Assembly: GCA_973851085.1 (NCBI GenBank) | Contig: OZ316775.1 | Location: 16,120,001 to 16,184,000, forward strand | Reading direction: 5' to 3' | DNA: 64,000 nt | Source of the DNA: Ptychomitrium polyphyllum | Taxonomy: Eukaryota | In this document: positions 37,607-50,346 of the stretch, in pieces | How the letters are laid out: every line of letters begins with the position of its first letter | How positions within the stretch are numbered: position 1 is the first letter of the stretch | Notes under the pieces: model-generated | Seen by the model: the letters and a program-made list of their open reading frames with translations, nothing else | The model's database searches: none | Told to the model about the DNA's origin: nothing | Made by a program: the position numbers and the translations under genes

Positions 37607-38785
37607 ATGGCCGCAGAAGTAGCAGCGACGCCGGCAGTTGATCCGGGCATGGTAGATATTATTGCACCGGCATCGACACCTATGGCATGGAATGGCGTGG
37701 TAGAGAAGACCATATCTGCACCACTGGAGAAGGTGTGGGATGTGGCCTCGGACTTCCTGAACTTCCCGAACGTGCTGACCATCGAGGCCATGGAGGGCGA
37801 AAATCGGGTGGCGGGGTGCACGCGCAAGGTTACCAACCTGCCGGGCCGCACTGACACCGACTCAGCGCAGTGGGCGAAGCAGAAGCTGGTGGAGATCAAC
37901 CCCCAAGAGCACGTCTTCTCGTACGAATTTCTGGAGAATAACACCGGCGTCGACCCCGGTTACTACTCTACCTTCCAGGTGAATATCAGTTTTGCACTTC
38001 TCTCATTAACCCTGCCCGTGCTCTCTACCAGTACTTTTATCTGAGTCTTCTTCTAAATGACATTACACGTACTAATGAACTCCTTAGTACATATATTAAG
38101 CATTAGATTTGTCCATCCATTGGCCACCTCAAGCTGTAATCGGTTACTTATTATGGTTAACCTTTGTATTGGAATGTGCATAGTAGATTTCTTTGGTTGC
38201 TAAAGATCCCACTTTTAAAGGCTTTCTGTTTTCTTGCACTCGTGTAAAAATTTACAAATCATCTGCAGCTCTAGTACTAAGCCATACATATTGCCTTATG
38301 TATGATTTCCTTTGCTGATCTTATTTTCTAATTTTGTATTGAGCTATGACACCATGCATCTCTTTCACCTGGAAAGCCTACTTGGAATGGGCACTTGGAA
38401 TGATGTTATTTTTTACTGTCTGGCCTCTAATCTGGTCCTATGGCCAGTTTCAGCTTTGCAACCTTGTATTTGTGCTCCTCCTGCAATTGACGTGATTCGA
38501 TTTATTTCAAAAGAAATTCAATCTTATGATATTAGTTGCTCAACTTGTGAACATGACTTTAACATAGGCTGCAAAAACCTCGCCCTGAGATTGAGCAATT
38601 GGGTTGTGGATATGCAGGCAAAGCAGGAAGGTGGGAAGACGTTCGTGCGGTGGGCATTCCGGTTCAGCCCGTCCCAAGCGGGCTCTGATCGCTTTGTGCC
38701 TTTCATTATGAAGGGGACCGATCTCTATGTTCAGGAATTGGAAAAGCTCGCCAACACTACCTCCGGTGTTGGTGTGTTGGTTTAA
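37607..38785 (+). CDS. Bet v1-like/SRPBCC polyketide-cyclase-family protein (lachrymatory-factor-synthase-like), 2 exons, 179 aa
   Basis: Exons 37607-37978 and 38618-38785 (phase 0). 'WNGVVEKTISAPLEKVWDVASDF...GENRVAGCTR...WAKQKLVEINPQEHVFSYEFLENNTG...YYSTF...TFVRWAFRFSP' fits the family. A 5'UTR acceptor lies at 37589 and a TATA-like tatata at ~37352. Confidence 0.88.
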
Positions 38786-40030
38786 CAGTTCATGCAGATG
38801 GCTCTCGTCCAGCAGAGCTTTAACGTAACGATTTCCCTTAATGTATATTTCTCTCACGAACATCCACAACAGATGATGTATGAGTTGAATGCCATAGAAG
38901 TTCTGGGTTGTGCAAGAGATCAGTTCACTGAGCATAAGGATGGAACACACATCCCAGGCTAGAAACCAGAAACTAAATCCAAACCTGTTGTAGTAGAAAG
39001 TTCAGAAATCTCGTCAATACTGTGCATCATTCACCTGAACATAAAGAATGACTTCGTTTGTTGCATTTTTCCATCAACAAATTTCTGCGTTCTTGACATC
39101 TCGAGAGTGATCGCTGATTTCTCACATGCTACATCTACACAGCAGACTACAGGGCTTTTAGTTTACGAAGCCTTACTTTCGCAGACTGTGGTGATTTTCT
39201 AAGTTTTAGAAGATTTGTTTTAATAGAGTATAGAAGGTGTGCAGCAACTTAGACTGAAAGGGTACTTATTTCGTACTCGTGCATTTAGCCAAAACATGAT
39301 TCAGCAATTGCGTAATTCCTCAAACAAAATTAACCACTACTATGAACAAGTAACAGCTGTTGACGATATCTTGAACTCTTTCTGATTGGTCTAATCCAAT
39401 CTATGTCTCTTCTCTTGACGAGTGACTGGCTACTTAATATTTCGGTCACTTATTTATTGTAGCCCCAGAATACAAGATTACCGTCAGTCTCTACATGAGC
39501 ACACAGAGCTTGTACCAACATGACCGCATCAATCATATTCCTCGACTCAGTCACGTAGCTAACCTTATCTAAAATTACGTACAAAATGTTCCATTACTTA
39601 TCAACGTCACCCAGACAGGAGCAAGAATAGTGATGTACTCAAGCAATAGTATTAGACAAAAGATTAATACATTTCAATTTCTTGTTCCTTGTTCTGTATA
39701 AGCATTCGTTCGATTCTTTCAAGAGCAACTACTGTCAAGTATCTTGTAGTGATCTATCTCAACTCTTCAACGGAGTATGCATTTAAAGTAGACATTAAGA
39801 GCAGCTCTACATTGCAATATACAACTCTAGCTAGATACAATACTCCCTCTGTACAATGGAGTCTTAGGCTCAAGGGGAGCTAGTCCAGAGAAAATCTAAA
39901 AACTATTGAACATGATGGGTATTCGACTAATCTTTAAACATGAACAAGAATTTCATGTTCGACAGTGACCTATTGGCAAGAAACGGTGACGGTTTTCTGT
40001 TCTATCTGAAAATTAAATCTGAAACGAACC

Positions 40031-42526
40031 CTAGCCGCTTGATCTTTGACTGTAATATGAAACTGCTGAGCCGTTATGTGAGCTGGCAGATGGCTGACGA
40101 GACCCACTTGATTTAGGACTGTAAAACGATGCTGAACCATTCGAAGTCCTTGGGCTGAACAAGCCGAGGTCTCCAGGTCCAACAAGAGTGAGAAGAAAAT
40201 ATCGATAGTTCCCAGTTGTATCATTAGCAATCATCTCCTCTATTGTTCTCTTACTTTCGTTAGCAAACTCCAGCTTGATATATTGCATGTCCACCTCAGC
40301 TCGAGAAGTGACCACTCGAATCAATGCATCGTCATCTGTTCCAGCTCCTCCTAATGCAGCATATAGTTCCTGAAAGTTAACTCATAAAACTTTGAATTAG
40401 ATCATTCCTGTTTAAAATTTCATGAAAGTATCGAAGAGAAGCAGAATGAGGTGACTATACAATATGCTGGTAGATTGAGAAAATGAATAGAATTTACAGT
40501 ATTCGGCTAAATGCACATAGTTTGCATGACATTTAAGAATCATTATGGGCCAAACTTATAGTAGAGAATGAATATTACCTCGGCATAAAATTTTGCAGGT
40601 TGACGGAAACATATCACAGTGTATCGCAATGCTTGTTCAAAATCTCCAGAATTCTCCTTTAGTAGAGACTGCAGACAGAGTCTTAGAGTTTCAGATCTGG
40701 GAAAGACAGATATTGTTGAAAGTAATATGATAGCCTAACAATTCCAAAAGAACTTCAACTAAGTAGATCAAGGTAGAACCCACCTGCTCAAATTCTTGGC
40801 CATAATGTTGATGGTAGTAATTCAAGGTGGCAGTTAACTGCTGTGCGCTCCGGGTGCAAAGAATCCGAATCAGAGTGTCCTCTTTGCCTACTTTGCCTAT
40901 GAACACCTTATTGAGTTGGTGGGCATCATTCAAAGCAATGTGTCTGTCAACGGTTGTATTCTCAGGTCGACTTCCACGAACTAGCGCCAACAGAAGCTGT
41001 GCACATTATCCAAATCAACCCAAGTAAACACGCTTCTTAGGGACGTCCCATCTAAACGAAAAACAAAATCATCTGAAATATGCTATATTCAACCTGAGAA
41101 ACTCAGAAAGAACCACATTTGAAGGCCATACATTGTCTTTTTGAGCTATTCCCTGAATTCTTGGGAAAACATTATAGCTACTGACTGCAGTTATTCCAAT
41201 AATTTCATGGCATACCCCAACCATCAAAATCACCTTTGTGATACCAGTAAGTCGCTTGGGAATCTCCCTCACTTTAGATTCACCCCCACGCCAAAACGCC
41301 CACTTGCTCTGTTCCAATTCGCGAATTATAACCATTGTGAGTCAGTTACAAATCATTTCCCGTCTCACATTTTAAAAACATTACACATTTATGCTACTCT
41401 TGGATTTAATAGTTTCTTATGCCAGGTGCAGATGTCTACTGACTGAAAAAGACAACAAGAATACAATAGAACAAGACTATCTACTCTCCATGTCTGAGTA
41501 AAGACTAGTGCCTTCTAGAGCTTTCGAACTAGAAATTTCCCCTGTAATGGAATACCAAACCTTCATACTGCTCCAGAAAAGTTGCATACCTTTTGCTGGA
41601 ACTCCGCGAAATGAGAATCAGTGCCATCGATGTGATTTTCTAGAGTCTGATTGAACATGGTATAATACGCTTGCTTGATCAAGTATATTTGAGATGCATT
41701 CCGTGTACACACTATCCCAATAAGGGCACGATCAGCCTTTCTTCCTCCCACTTTCATCAATTCGTACATAAGTATTGCATCACGCTCAGCCGAGTCCATC
41801 ATCCACAGCAGTATACATTTCTGTTTCCATCCATACCATCAGGGAACTCGATGATGTAGAATATCTCATAATATCTACAGTAGTAATATTTCAAAACAAC
41901 TAATGACCAAGGTTACCGTCTAGTAAGTTCTAGCAAAGCCTCTCCAAAATGACGAACATCGAGAATATCTACCTTCAAAGACTTCAGATGTATATAGGTT
42001 CAAGCAATGGATCCTCTGTAAACACTTCAGCAAACAAACAACAGTCGTGAAAAACCACAATAGGATCCCCAACTTTGGGAGTATGGAAGGATACTTAAGA
42101 TAAAAAAATCCTGACCTCAAGTTTACCACTCAAAGCTGACTTGAGCCGTTTCTGCAAACTCTCCCCATAAACAGTTTGGTAAGCCTGAGAAATTTCAACT
42201 CGCTGCGCCTGTGTTCTCCTTCCTAAGATTTCAATTACTCTTTTCTCATTACATCCGAGCCCTGTGCATCACCCACATCCACATATTCACCGTCTTATTC
42301 ACCAACAGTCGTGACAAACGAAGGACTAATCGAACACTGCTTAACTTGACGAAATTTACAAGCTTCTTTACAGTCCTACTTCCAGTCCTCATCACAGCTG
42401 TCTGTGGGAATTTGCATGGTGTGGTCGGGCGTAATGCATATGACCTATAATACCTTTGAAACAAGCACGAAGGTCTTTACAATCCTCCTGTAGATTGAAA
42501 TAGGGTGGCAAAGTCAATGATCCCAT
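40031..42526 (-). CDS. ANN: Annexin, 7 coding exons, ~388 aa, with internal insertion and Ser-rich C-terminal extension
   Basis: Exons 42526-42454, 42261-42116, 41820-41590, 41308-41234, 40996-40784, 40668-40579 and 40369-40031 join in frame with GT-AG ends. Endonexin-type motifs 'FKGLGCNEKRVIEILGRR' and 'LGGAGTDDDALIRVVTSRAEVDMQYIK...DTTGNYRYFLLTLVG'. Confidence 0.93.
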
Positions 42527-45199
42527 CTCCTCTGGCCACGTTTCTGCTGCTTCCCACACAATTCTCACTCTCCTCTGTATGCAACTTATGACACGTATGT
42601 TCCGTGCACCATTTAGGGCCAAGGGCTAAGCTCCCTGGGGGCTCAGACCTGATGAAATCCCGGGAATTCTTGAAATACTCAACAGAAGGACCTCCTATCA
42701 CTCCTAAGTTCTTTTCCCGAAGCCCCAATAGTCGCTGCTCGTTCTCATGAAGGCATCACTAGCTACAGAAAAACGCCGTGTAAAAAGCAGACATGTCTTG
42801 CACCTGACTTGCATCACATAGTACCCATCCTCGCAGATGATTCAGCATAAGACAAGGCCGAATAACTATTGATGTATGTTGGGGAGAAAGAAGCATGTTA
42901 CAGTCGTGTAGAAGACATTTCAAAGCCTCCAAACCACCCCTTGAAAAATTCCTAAACCAGCAGGGAAGGTTGTACCCTGAAAACAGGACAGAGAAATAAT
43001 CTGTAGAGTGTATATGGATGCTGAAGTAAAATACGGCTACAAATTCGCTCTCAAAGAAGCTAGAATCGATGCAGCCCTAAAAGCAGATTTCATTCCAAAC
43101 GACTGCAGAAACTCCGAGAATGGAAGGTCCAAATGAGGAAGCTAGCCAAAGGGAAAGGCTAACTGCGCCTGTACAAAGACCAAAAGGTTGTTCTCAGTGT
43201 GCACTAAACTCTGCCAGAGAACTCAGGAATGTGGAGCAACCACCGAGGTAAGCGAGCAGAGGCAGACAAGCGCGGCGAATAGCTCCTGCTCACAGGAATC
43301 CACATACAGATCACCACCCTCCCTTTCTTACCACAACAATACACAAAACGTGCACACCCACAAAGAGGTCAAGCTGCGCCGCTCCACACCATCACTCCAC
43401 TCGCACCAAAACTGGGTCCAGCTCACACAGAACATTCACCTTGCTCACTCACTCACTCACTCTTCACGGCCTGGCAGTTCCAAGCTCATCCACGCCTGAG
43501 TTCACACACCAGCTGGCGTGCGCCAGGAAATTCTCACTGGTCAATCACAAAGCTCGGCCGCATTGGCAGCGCTCGGCAACTGCAGACAATGTGGCCGAAT
43601 CCCGAGCACTCATCTCGTCCCTATACTGCCCCGTTCCGCTAGCACGCCCGGGATTTGGACGATCCCGAGTCACGGCCCTCCCGAGGCGATCACAAAGCTG
43701 GGGAAAAGAGGACTTCCGGGATCATGCTCATGGATTGCTAGAAAATATAGTACGATGGCGGTCTAGTTACACGTAAGGATGAATAATGTTTTTATTTCTT
43801 TCCTTCCCCAAGTTCTTCCTTTCAGAGTTGCCATGCGTGTGGTGCTCTAGCCTCCTAGTAGCCTAGACTACAGAATGTTAGGCTCCGCACGGGTCACGAT
43901 ATTCCAGGCTTCCAGGCTTCCAGCTATAGGGATGGAATATTGCGCTATTTCTACAACGCTGATGCTCCTGCGCTGCGGCACTGGACTGTGGAAGGAGATG
44001 ATTTACAACGGCAACAGCTTGCAAACGTCCACAACTACAGTTCAGTTTAAAGTAAAATAGTGAGCTTCAAGTACAGCTGTGGCTCTGTAAGCTTTTGCAG
44101 TTCACCAATAGTTCGATTTGTGGGGGGAGAATAAAAAGTATAGTTGTGGGATGATATCATGATAATGTGATTAGAGGGTGTCAGGGTTTCACTGGGGAGT
44201 TGTTTTGTTTTCATTGGCCTAAATTTGTGTCTGCACTTCATAATGCAGATCATTTCACTCATTGTGACACTGTTATTAGGGAATGTCAGAGTGAGGTGAT
44301 AAAGTGTAACATGAATGTCATACAAATTATGAACCAAGAGATGCCATCCATAAGAGTTATCCATGAAGTAGAACTCCCTTATCTTATATTTCTAGAGTTT
44401 GTTTCTTTATAAATAATAGTCTTTGATAATCTAGAATACAAATATTAAGGCACTTATGGTTCGAAGAGCAATTGGGGGAGCTTTGGATACCAATGGTAAA
44501 TGAATGGTTAGCTTAATAGAGTTTGGTCAACTTTGGGGAGGTCCAAAATCTGAGACTTCGCAAGTATGCCTTGATATCACAAAATTGCCCCATAGGTCCA
44601 GCAAAATACATCTCTAAAATATATCCTTACTCATTATTGTAGCAAAAATGAATTTCAAAGCATATTTGGAGAACCATCCTCGTTTGAGAGGTACTCGCCG
44701 TATAAGTCTGTTATACTCACAACCCTCCTTCCAATTGAAGTGACTGTATGCGATACTCGTTTCCCAGAAATGCAGTGCTTGTGCCACTATGTACCGTGGG
44801 TGGAAAGTTTGTTGCGGAGGTGGTGCAGTAAGCTTTCCATTCATGACATGCTGGAGCAGTGGATTTGTAGAGTGCCTTGGAGTTTTCTGTTGCAGTTATG
44901 GCAGTTTGCACGTACTTTCATGGTCTGATCCTGGCCTGTGTTCCTCATGGTTGTGTCAGTGTACGCCATTCTGTGTTAAAAGGGGGTTGAGGAGAGTGGG
45001 TGCCAGAGCATGGCCACCAGAACTTGCCAAGGAGGGACAGAACACTAAACTTGGGTTGTATAGTAAACATTAGGAAATGGAGGTTTACCAATGGAGAGGA
45101 AATCGTCCAAAATAGGCATCTCTTATTGGTTCATACCAGCTCAGTGGCTGCCAACTGAAAGGAAGTTACAGGAGTGGTAATAGTTTTTTAGGGTTGGTA

Positions 45200-46350
45200 C
45201 TTGCTTTAGAATTTGTTTTATGATTTGTTTCGGAACTTACATGGTAATAAAGTAGAGTGGTCTAACACAATAATTGTAATACAATATTATCAAAAATTAT
45301 TGCTTGGAAGTCCACAAAAACAGAGAGATAATTAAGAAGAATAAAACTTTTGCAAATGAGGTGTTATGTTGAAAAAGTCACAAAATTTATTTTTTCTTGT
45401 TGTATAGCATGTTTGAGTGTTTAGGTAAATCTTTGTTTAAATAATGCTATTATAAGATTATTTGTCTTTTATTGTGCATGTAGTGACTTATAAATAGTTC
45501 ATTATTTGATAGTAAGCCATGTTTGGAATGTATAAATATGGAAGTCCATATTATTATTTCCTTTGTTTTGAAAAACTATCTTATTTAGCTATTTGGAATG
45601 AACATGCTATCAATGAATAAAGCAATTCAAAATTGTCATGATAATATAAAGTGTTTTGGACTTTGATTTGAAAGCATGGCACTATGGCAACATTTTTAGC
45701 AACGGAAATCATCCTTTGAGCATTAATACTCATAATCATGACTTTAGAGCAATTAAACATGATTGTTATGTAAAACACAACTTTTACTAAATCATATTTA
45801 AAAATAAAATAAAATTTCAATACACTTTAAAACATATTATTTTGGCACCATATTAAAATGTTATGAATGTTCAAGATTGGAATTCTTAGAAATTCAACTT
45901 CCTTGATTTAAATGACAAAGAGATTTGCTAAGGAATTTTATTATTTCAACAACCTCTAATGTATTGTTATAATCAATTAATTGTTAAAAGCTAAACTTAC
46001 ACATCTATGGAAATCAGTCTCACTTTTCATGATTAATACTCACTCATATTTCTATATTTTTTGTATAAATCACATATATTAGTTATGTGGTATAATTTTT
46101 GAGCTTAATGGTTCAAATATCGAATAACCATTTCTTTTTAAACAAAACAAGCCAAGACATAAAAATTACAAAACACATTCATAAAATGTGAAAAGTTTAA
46201 AGATGCATGTTATAATAAATATAAAATTTTAACAATTATGCTAGTGATCTATATTTCAATTTTGATGAAAACATCTTTAACCTTAAGGAATTATGTAAGA
46301 ACTATGGTAAGTGAGATTCACTATTTTATTAATTGAAATCTCACTATAAT
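45200..46350. repeat. AT-rich decayed repeat block
   Basis: Very AT-rich, CpG-depleted. Similar blocks occur at 33600-34450, 47800-49150 and 61400-62000. Confidence 0.35.
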
Positions 46351-49300
46351 GATCTTACTTCCTTCTTCATATCATTTGTATTTATAATTGAAGCACACAC
46401 TTCAACACTAGAAAGTCTCACCCACTTGATTGACGTATATTTTTTGAGTCATCCTGGGTCAATGATCCAAAGTAAAGAGGCTGATTCTACAAACAACTCT
46501 ACAATGCCTTGGATTTCATGGGGAGAAACTTTCATTCTGCTGTGCAGATGCACCTGCATCGGATATTCATGATATTTGCAGTATCTATATTAGTGTAGCT
46601 ACTCCCAACCAGGTTCAGAGTAGATAACTTTTGTGAGGACCACGCTTGTTGAGGAAATTGTGATCACAATGTGAACTTTGATTGGGACTGAGAATAAATC
46701 AAACAATAGAAGCATCACTATGATGACTCCATTGATCATCCAATCCAAAATCAGGAGTCAAAGGAGAAGAATTCATTGCGTAACGATTGTGTGCATTGCA
46801 ATGAAATTGTTTATCCGAAAAGATCTCTCTACCTCTAAACTTTGCATCCAATCACACATCAGTGTAGAATATTTTAATTATCACCTAATCAATTATCAAT
46901 TCATTACTGAAGTCGAACCATTGGACAGCAGCAAGGGGCAGGTTGTCACCTAAGTTGGGAGTTGCCACGCATGACGACCAGATGAACGACCCTTGCAAAT
47001 GACTCACTGACAGGTCCTGACTGAAGTCCTGAGCATTTCTGTGCGCTCTTTCACCTCGTCCAAGCTGCCGAGTCTCTCTCTCGTCAAGTCGTTCCCCTTC
47101 ATCGTTCCTCTGGACTCCTTTCCAAGCTTCTGACCACTCATTCCTGTCTTCTTGCAACAGACTCCAGCAACCAAGGCGGCAACATCCTTCACATAACGTC
47201 ACAGAATAAATTTCAGCACAACTCCCAGCTTGTGGCTTGAAGTTCAGATGGAAATGAGTGGACAAGTACTCTCATTTTAGGATTTAGAAGTGTTGTACGA
47301 CAGCAGCACCAGACACTTCCCGAGCTCACAACCCAGTACTCTGCCTTTTTTCCTCGCTATCAATTATATGCAGAACAATCTCAATGAAAGCTCAACTTGA
47401 AAAAAACTATTGTAAGTGAGAAATCGTATAGACGACGTCAGACTTGTATGGATTATAATTTCGTGGCTTGAGCATTTTTTTGATCTAGTTCAGTTGCTGA
47501 AGTTTTGATTATGATGTATTACACTACGAAGTCAGATTCCAAACATGAATCTTAAACTTTGAAGATGCAGGAATTGTTTCTGCAAGATCATTACAGACTT
47601 TAACCTCATTTTTGTGAAGACTCATGCCGAGGGATCTACACAAAAGTGTTGCACCAGCGGAGTTAGATTTTTGGCCTCAAGACCACATTTATCACCTTCA
47701 TTGTTGACGACTGCCATCAAGATACATGACTGCCATTTCACAAAAATTGAAGAAGGATTATATTTCTTGCGCAAGAAAGACTGTTATGTTTAGATAGAGA
47801 TGCAAAAATATTGTCTAAAAAACCAGTTTTGATATAAGAATGATATTATATGTTTTGGATCTCAATTTTTTTTGCAAAGTGCTTATACATGGAATTTATT
47901 TGGGATTTATTTTTGATTAGGCTTTAAGGTCTATCTTGTAACATTTTATTTGTAAAACATTACATTTGAATGTGACATGTTTTTCTTATTTTTTAAGAAT
48001 GAATAACCAATACATTCTTAGATCTTTGTATAAAGAATTTTCTTTCAAGTTGACCTCATTGGTATTTGTAAAAACATCATATATGACATTTCCATATGTC
48101 ATGTCATATTTTTACAAATGTTGTGTTTTGTACACATATTAAATGTTCATAAAAGACTACCACAAGAAAGAATATTCCTATTAGAAAAGTCCACTTCTAT
48201 TTCTTATACATCTTCTATGTAGGTAAGTATTATAAAATTGAGATTTTTTTTTATAAAAATAGTGCTTGAAGCTATTCTTTTAATTATAACAAGAATTGAC
48301 TTTTTACTTTATGACAATTTCATTCCAAACTTCACTTCATTAATATCTGAACTCATCATTTTTTTTCATAGAAGAAAAAATGGAAATGTAAAATAATACA
48401 ATTATTCCTTATTTAAATAAAGTCTATGTAATCTAAAGTATATTTTATGAATACTTGTAAATTTTAACTCTTTAGCACCTTGTATAATATATGAATGTAT
48501 TTTGGACATTATTAAAGGCTATAGTAGAGCCACAAATTCTACAAATTTTAATAGTGATGAATAAAATGCAGTTCATATAATTTAAATTCATACAATCACA
48601 TGATTTTTAGAGTTGATTCTTTAGGCAATTTTAAGGCTTTAATTTGTTTTAAACAAATAAGTGGTGAAGTACAACATGGTGAGATGTGGCATCACAACAT
48701 TAATGAACCTTTATTGTATATCATCTAAATTTCATCTTCATATATGTGCTCAAGTTTGTATATACCATTTTTATTTTGTTTTGTTTAACTTAGCAGGTTT
48801 TAAGATGGAAAGATGGAATTTTAATCTAAAATAAGGAGGATTTGGAAATGGTACATTTACAAATTGTAAAGGAAATGAAAATTTAATATGTTTGCAAATA
48901 AAGACCTTGTATGAAATGGACCTCTAATTAGTCAATGATTTTTTTGCAACTTCAGAATTAATAATCCTGAAAGTGAGAAATTAAAAAAAGGACAAGAGTT
49001 TTCTTTCAGAAATAAGAGAATGATAAAAGATTGTAAATACAATAAAATTCACATCTTTCTTTTTGAAAAGACAAAACAAGGACGTTTCTTATAGAGTTAT
49101 ATTTAAGTGGTAGACATACCATATAACCTTATACCACTAATTTCAAAGTTTTTCTTTTTTCAATGAACTTTAATCACAAACCGCTAAAATAAAGGAGAAA
49201 AACCAATACCTTTCTTTCCAACCATTACCAATGATGAAAATAGTGAGCTTTGCTTTAATAGAATACAGTTCACCCCTACATTGCGGGTTGAAATTCAAAA

Positions 49301-50346
49301 CACTGTCCAAGTCACCTAATCTGAAATAATGTGTCGAATGGTGAAGCTTCGCTGTAGAATAAGCAGTTGTCGGAGATGTTGCCAATCAAGAGCGGCTACG
49401 CCGTATTCTAATGAGAGAGCGCCACCTGGTCGGCATCGGGGAGCACGGAACACCGTGTGGATCATACCCCTTTCCTCATTTGCACCAAAATATCTAGACC
49501 TTGGACTAAAACGCAAATCTAAACCGTCCATCAACCTCAATCGGGAAGCACAGCGCTCGGCGAGGGGCCAGGTTAGTCCAAATGAGCTGCTTGAATGACC
49601 TCCTGCAGTGTCTAGGAACGTCTACAGTGGAGACTATTGGCGGCACTACCACTTTGTTTATCAGATTGATGTCCGGAACCAAACCTGAATGTCAACAGTC
49701 ATATTGCAACATCTTGCAGAGTTTTTGCAGCACGCGTGCTAAACTTGGAATTGGCTGTCTGAAAGCATATCCTGCCAACTTGAACGTTGACTTTCGCATG
49801 ATGGACAGTTTTGCTAGCGCTGGGAGTCGTGTCACTGCCTCCGGAGCTGGAGATGGATCACGATGGCAGTTAATATTTGGCTTTGAATCTGTTTAGAGTA
49901 GATAGTGGAACAAACAGTGTGGCAGCTCACAGTACCGACTCTTGCAAGTTGCAACCTCCTGCCTCTCTGACACAGTAAGCTGGGTCATTTTGGACTGAGT
50001 TTTGTGAAGTTGCAGACAATTCAGGTAAATTGAGCTGAATCTGTACATCACAGCATGATGAAGGTGACACTGAATTTTCGGGATCCATGTCTTGGCGAAT
50101 TGAGATGAGTTAAATTTAACTTTGGCAAGAAGTCAGCAGGAGGATTAGTCGTTCAGGGCTTGAGACGGGGATTCTTGCGCTTGTGATAGGAGATGCATTT
50201 TAATGCCTACTGTTGCTTATGCAGATGTTTGACGCAGCTAGCGCTTGGATAGTTCTTGTCGAGGAAGCAGGGCGATCGGAGCTAGCACAACGTGGTTGAA
50301 GAGGGAGCCGTAGCAGACACCAGGGTTAACCAATGATCAGCTCGAC

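Noticed and set aside
37607..38785. PYR/PYL ABA receptor
   Set aside because: Lacks the SGLPA gate and HRL latch motifs.
44465..44500. gctttggatacca as a reverse PBS and gggggag as a PPT of a small LTR element
   Set aside because: Imperfect match, with no paired LTRs, TSD or coding remnants identifiable.
48064..48119. AT-rich hairpin atttgtaaaaa...tttttacaaat
   Set aside because: Short, low-complexity and within a decayed repeat block, with no TSD or second copy in the window.
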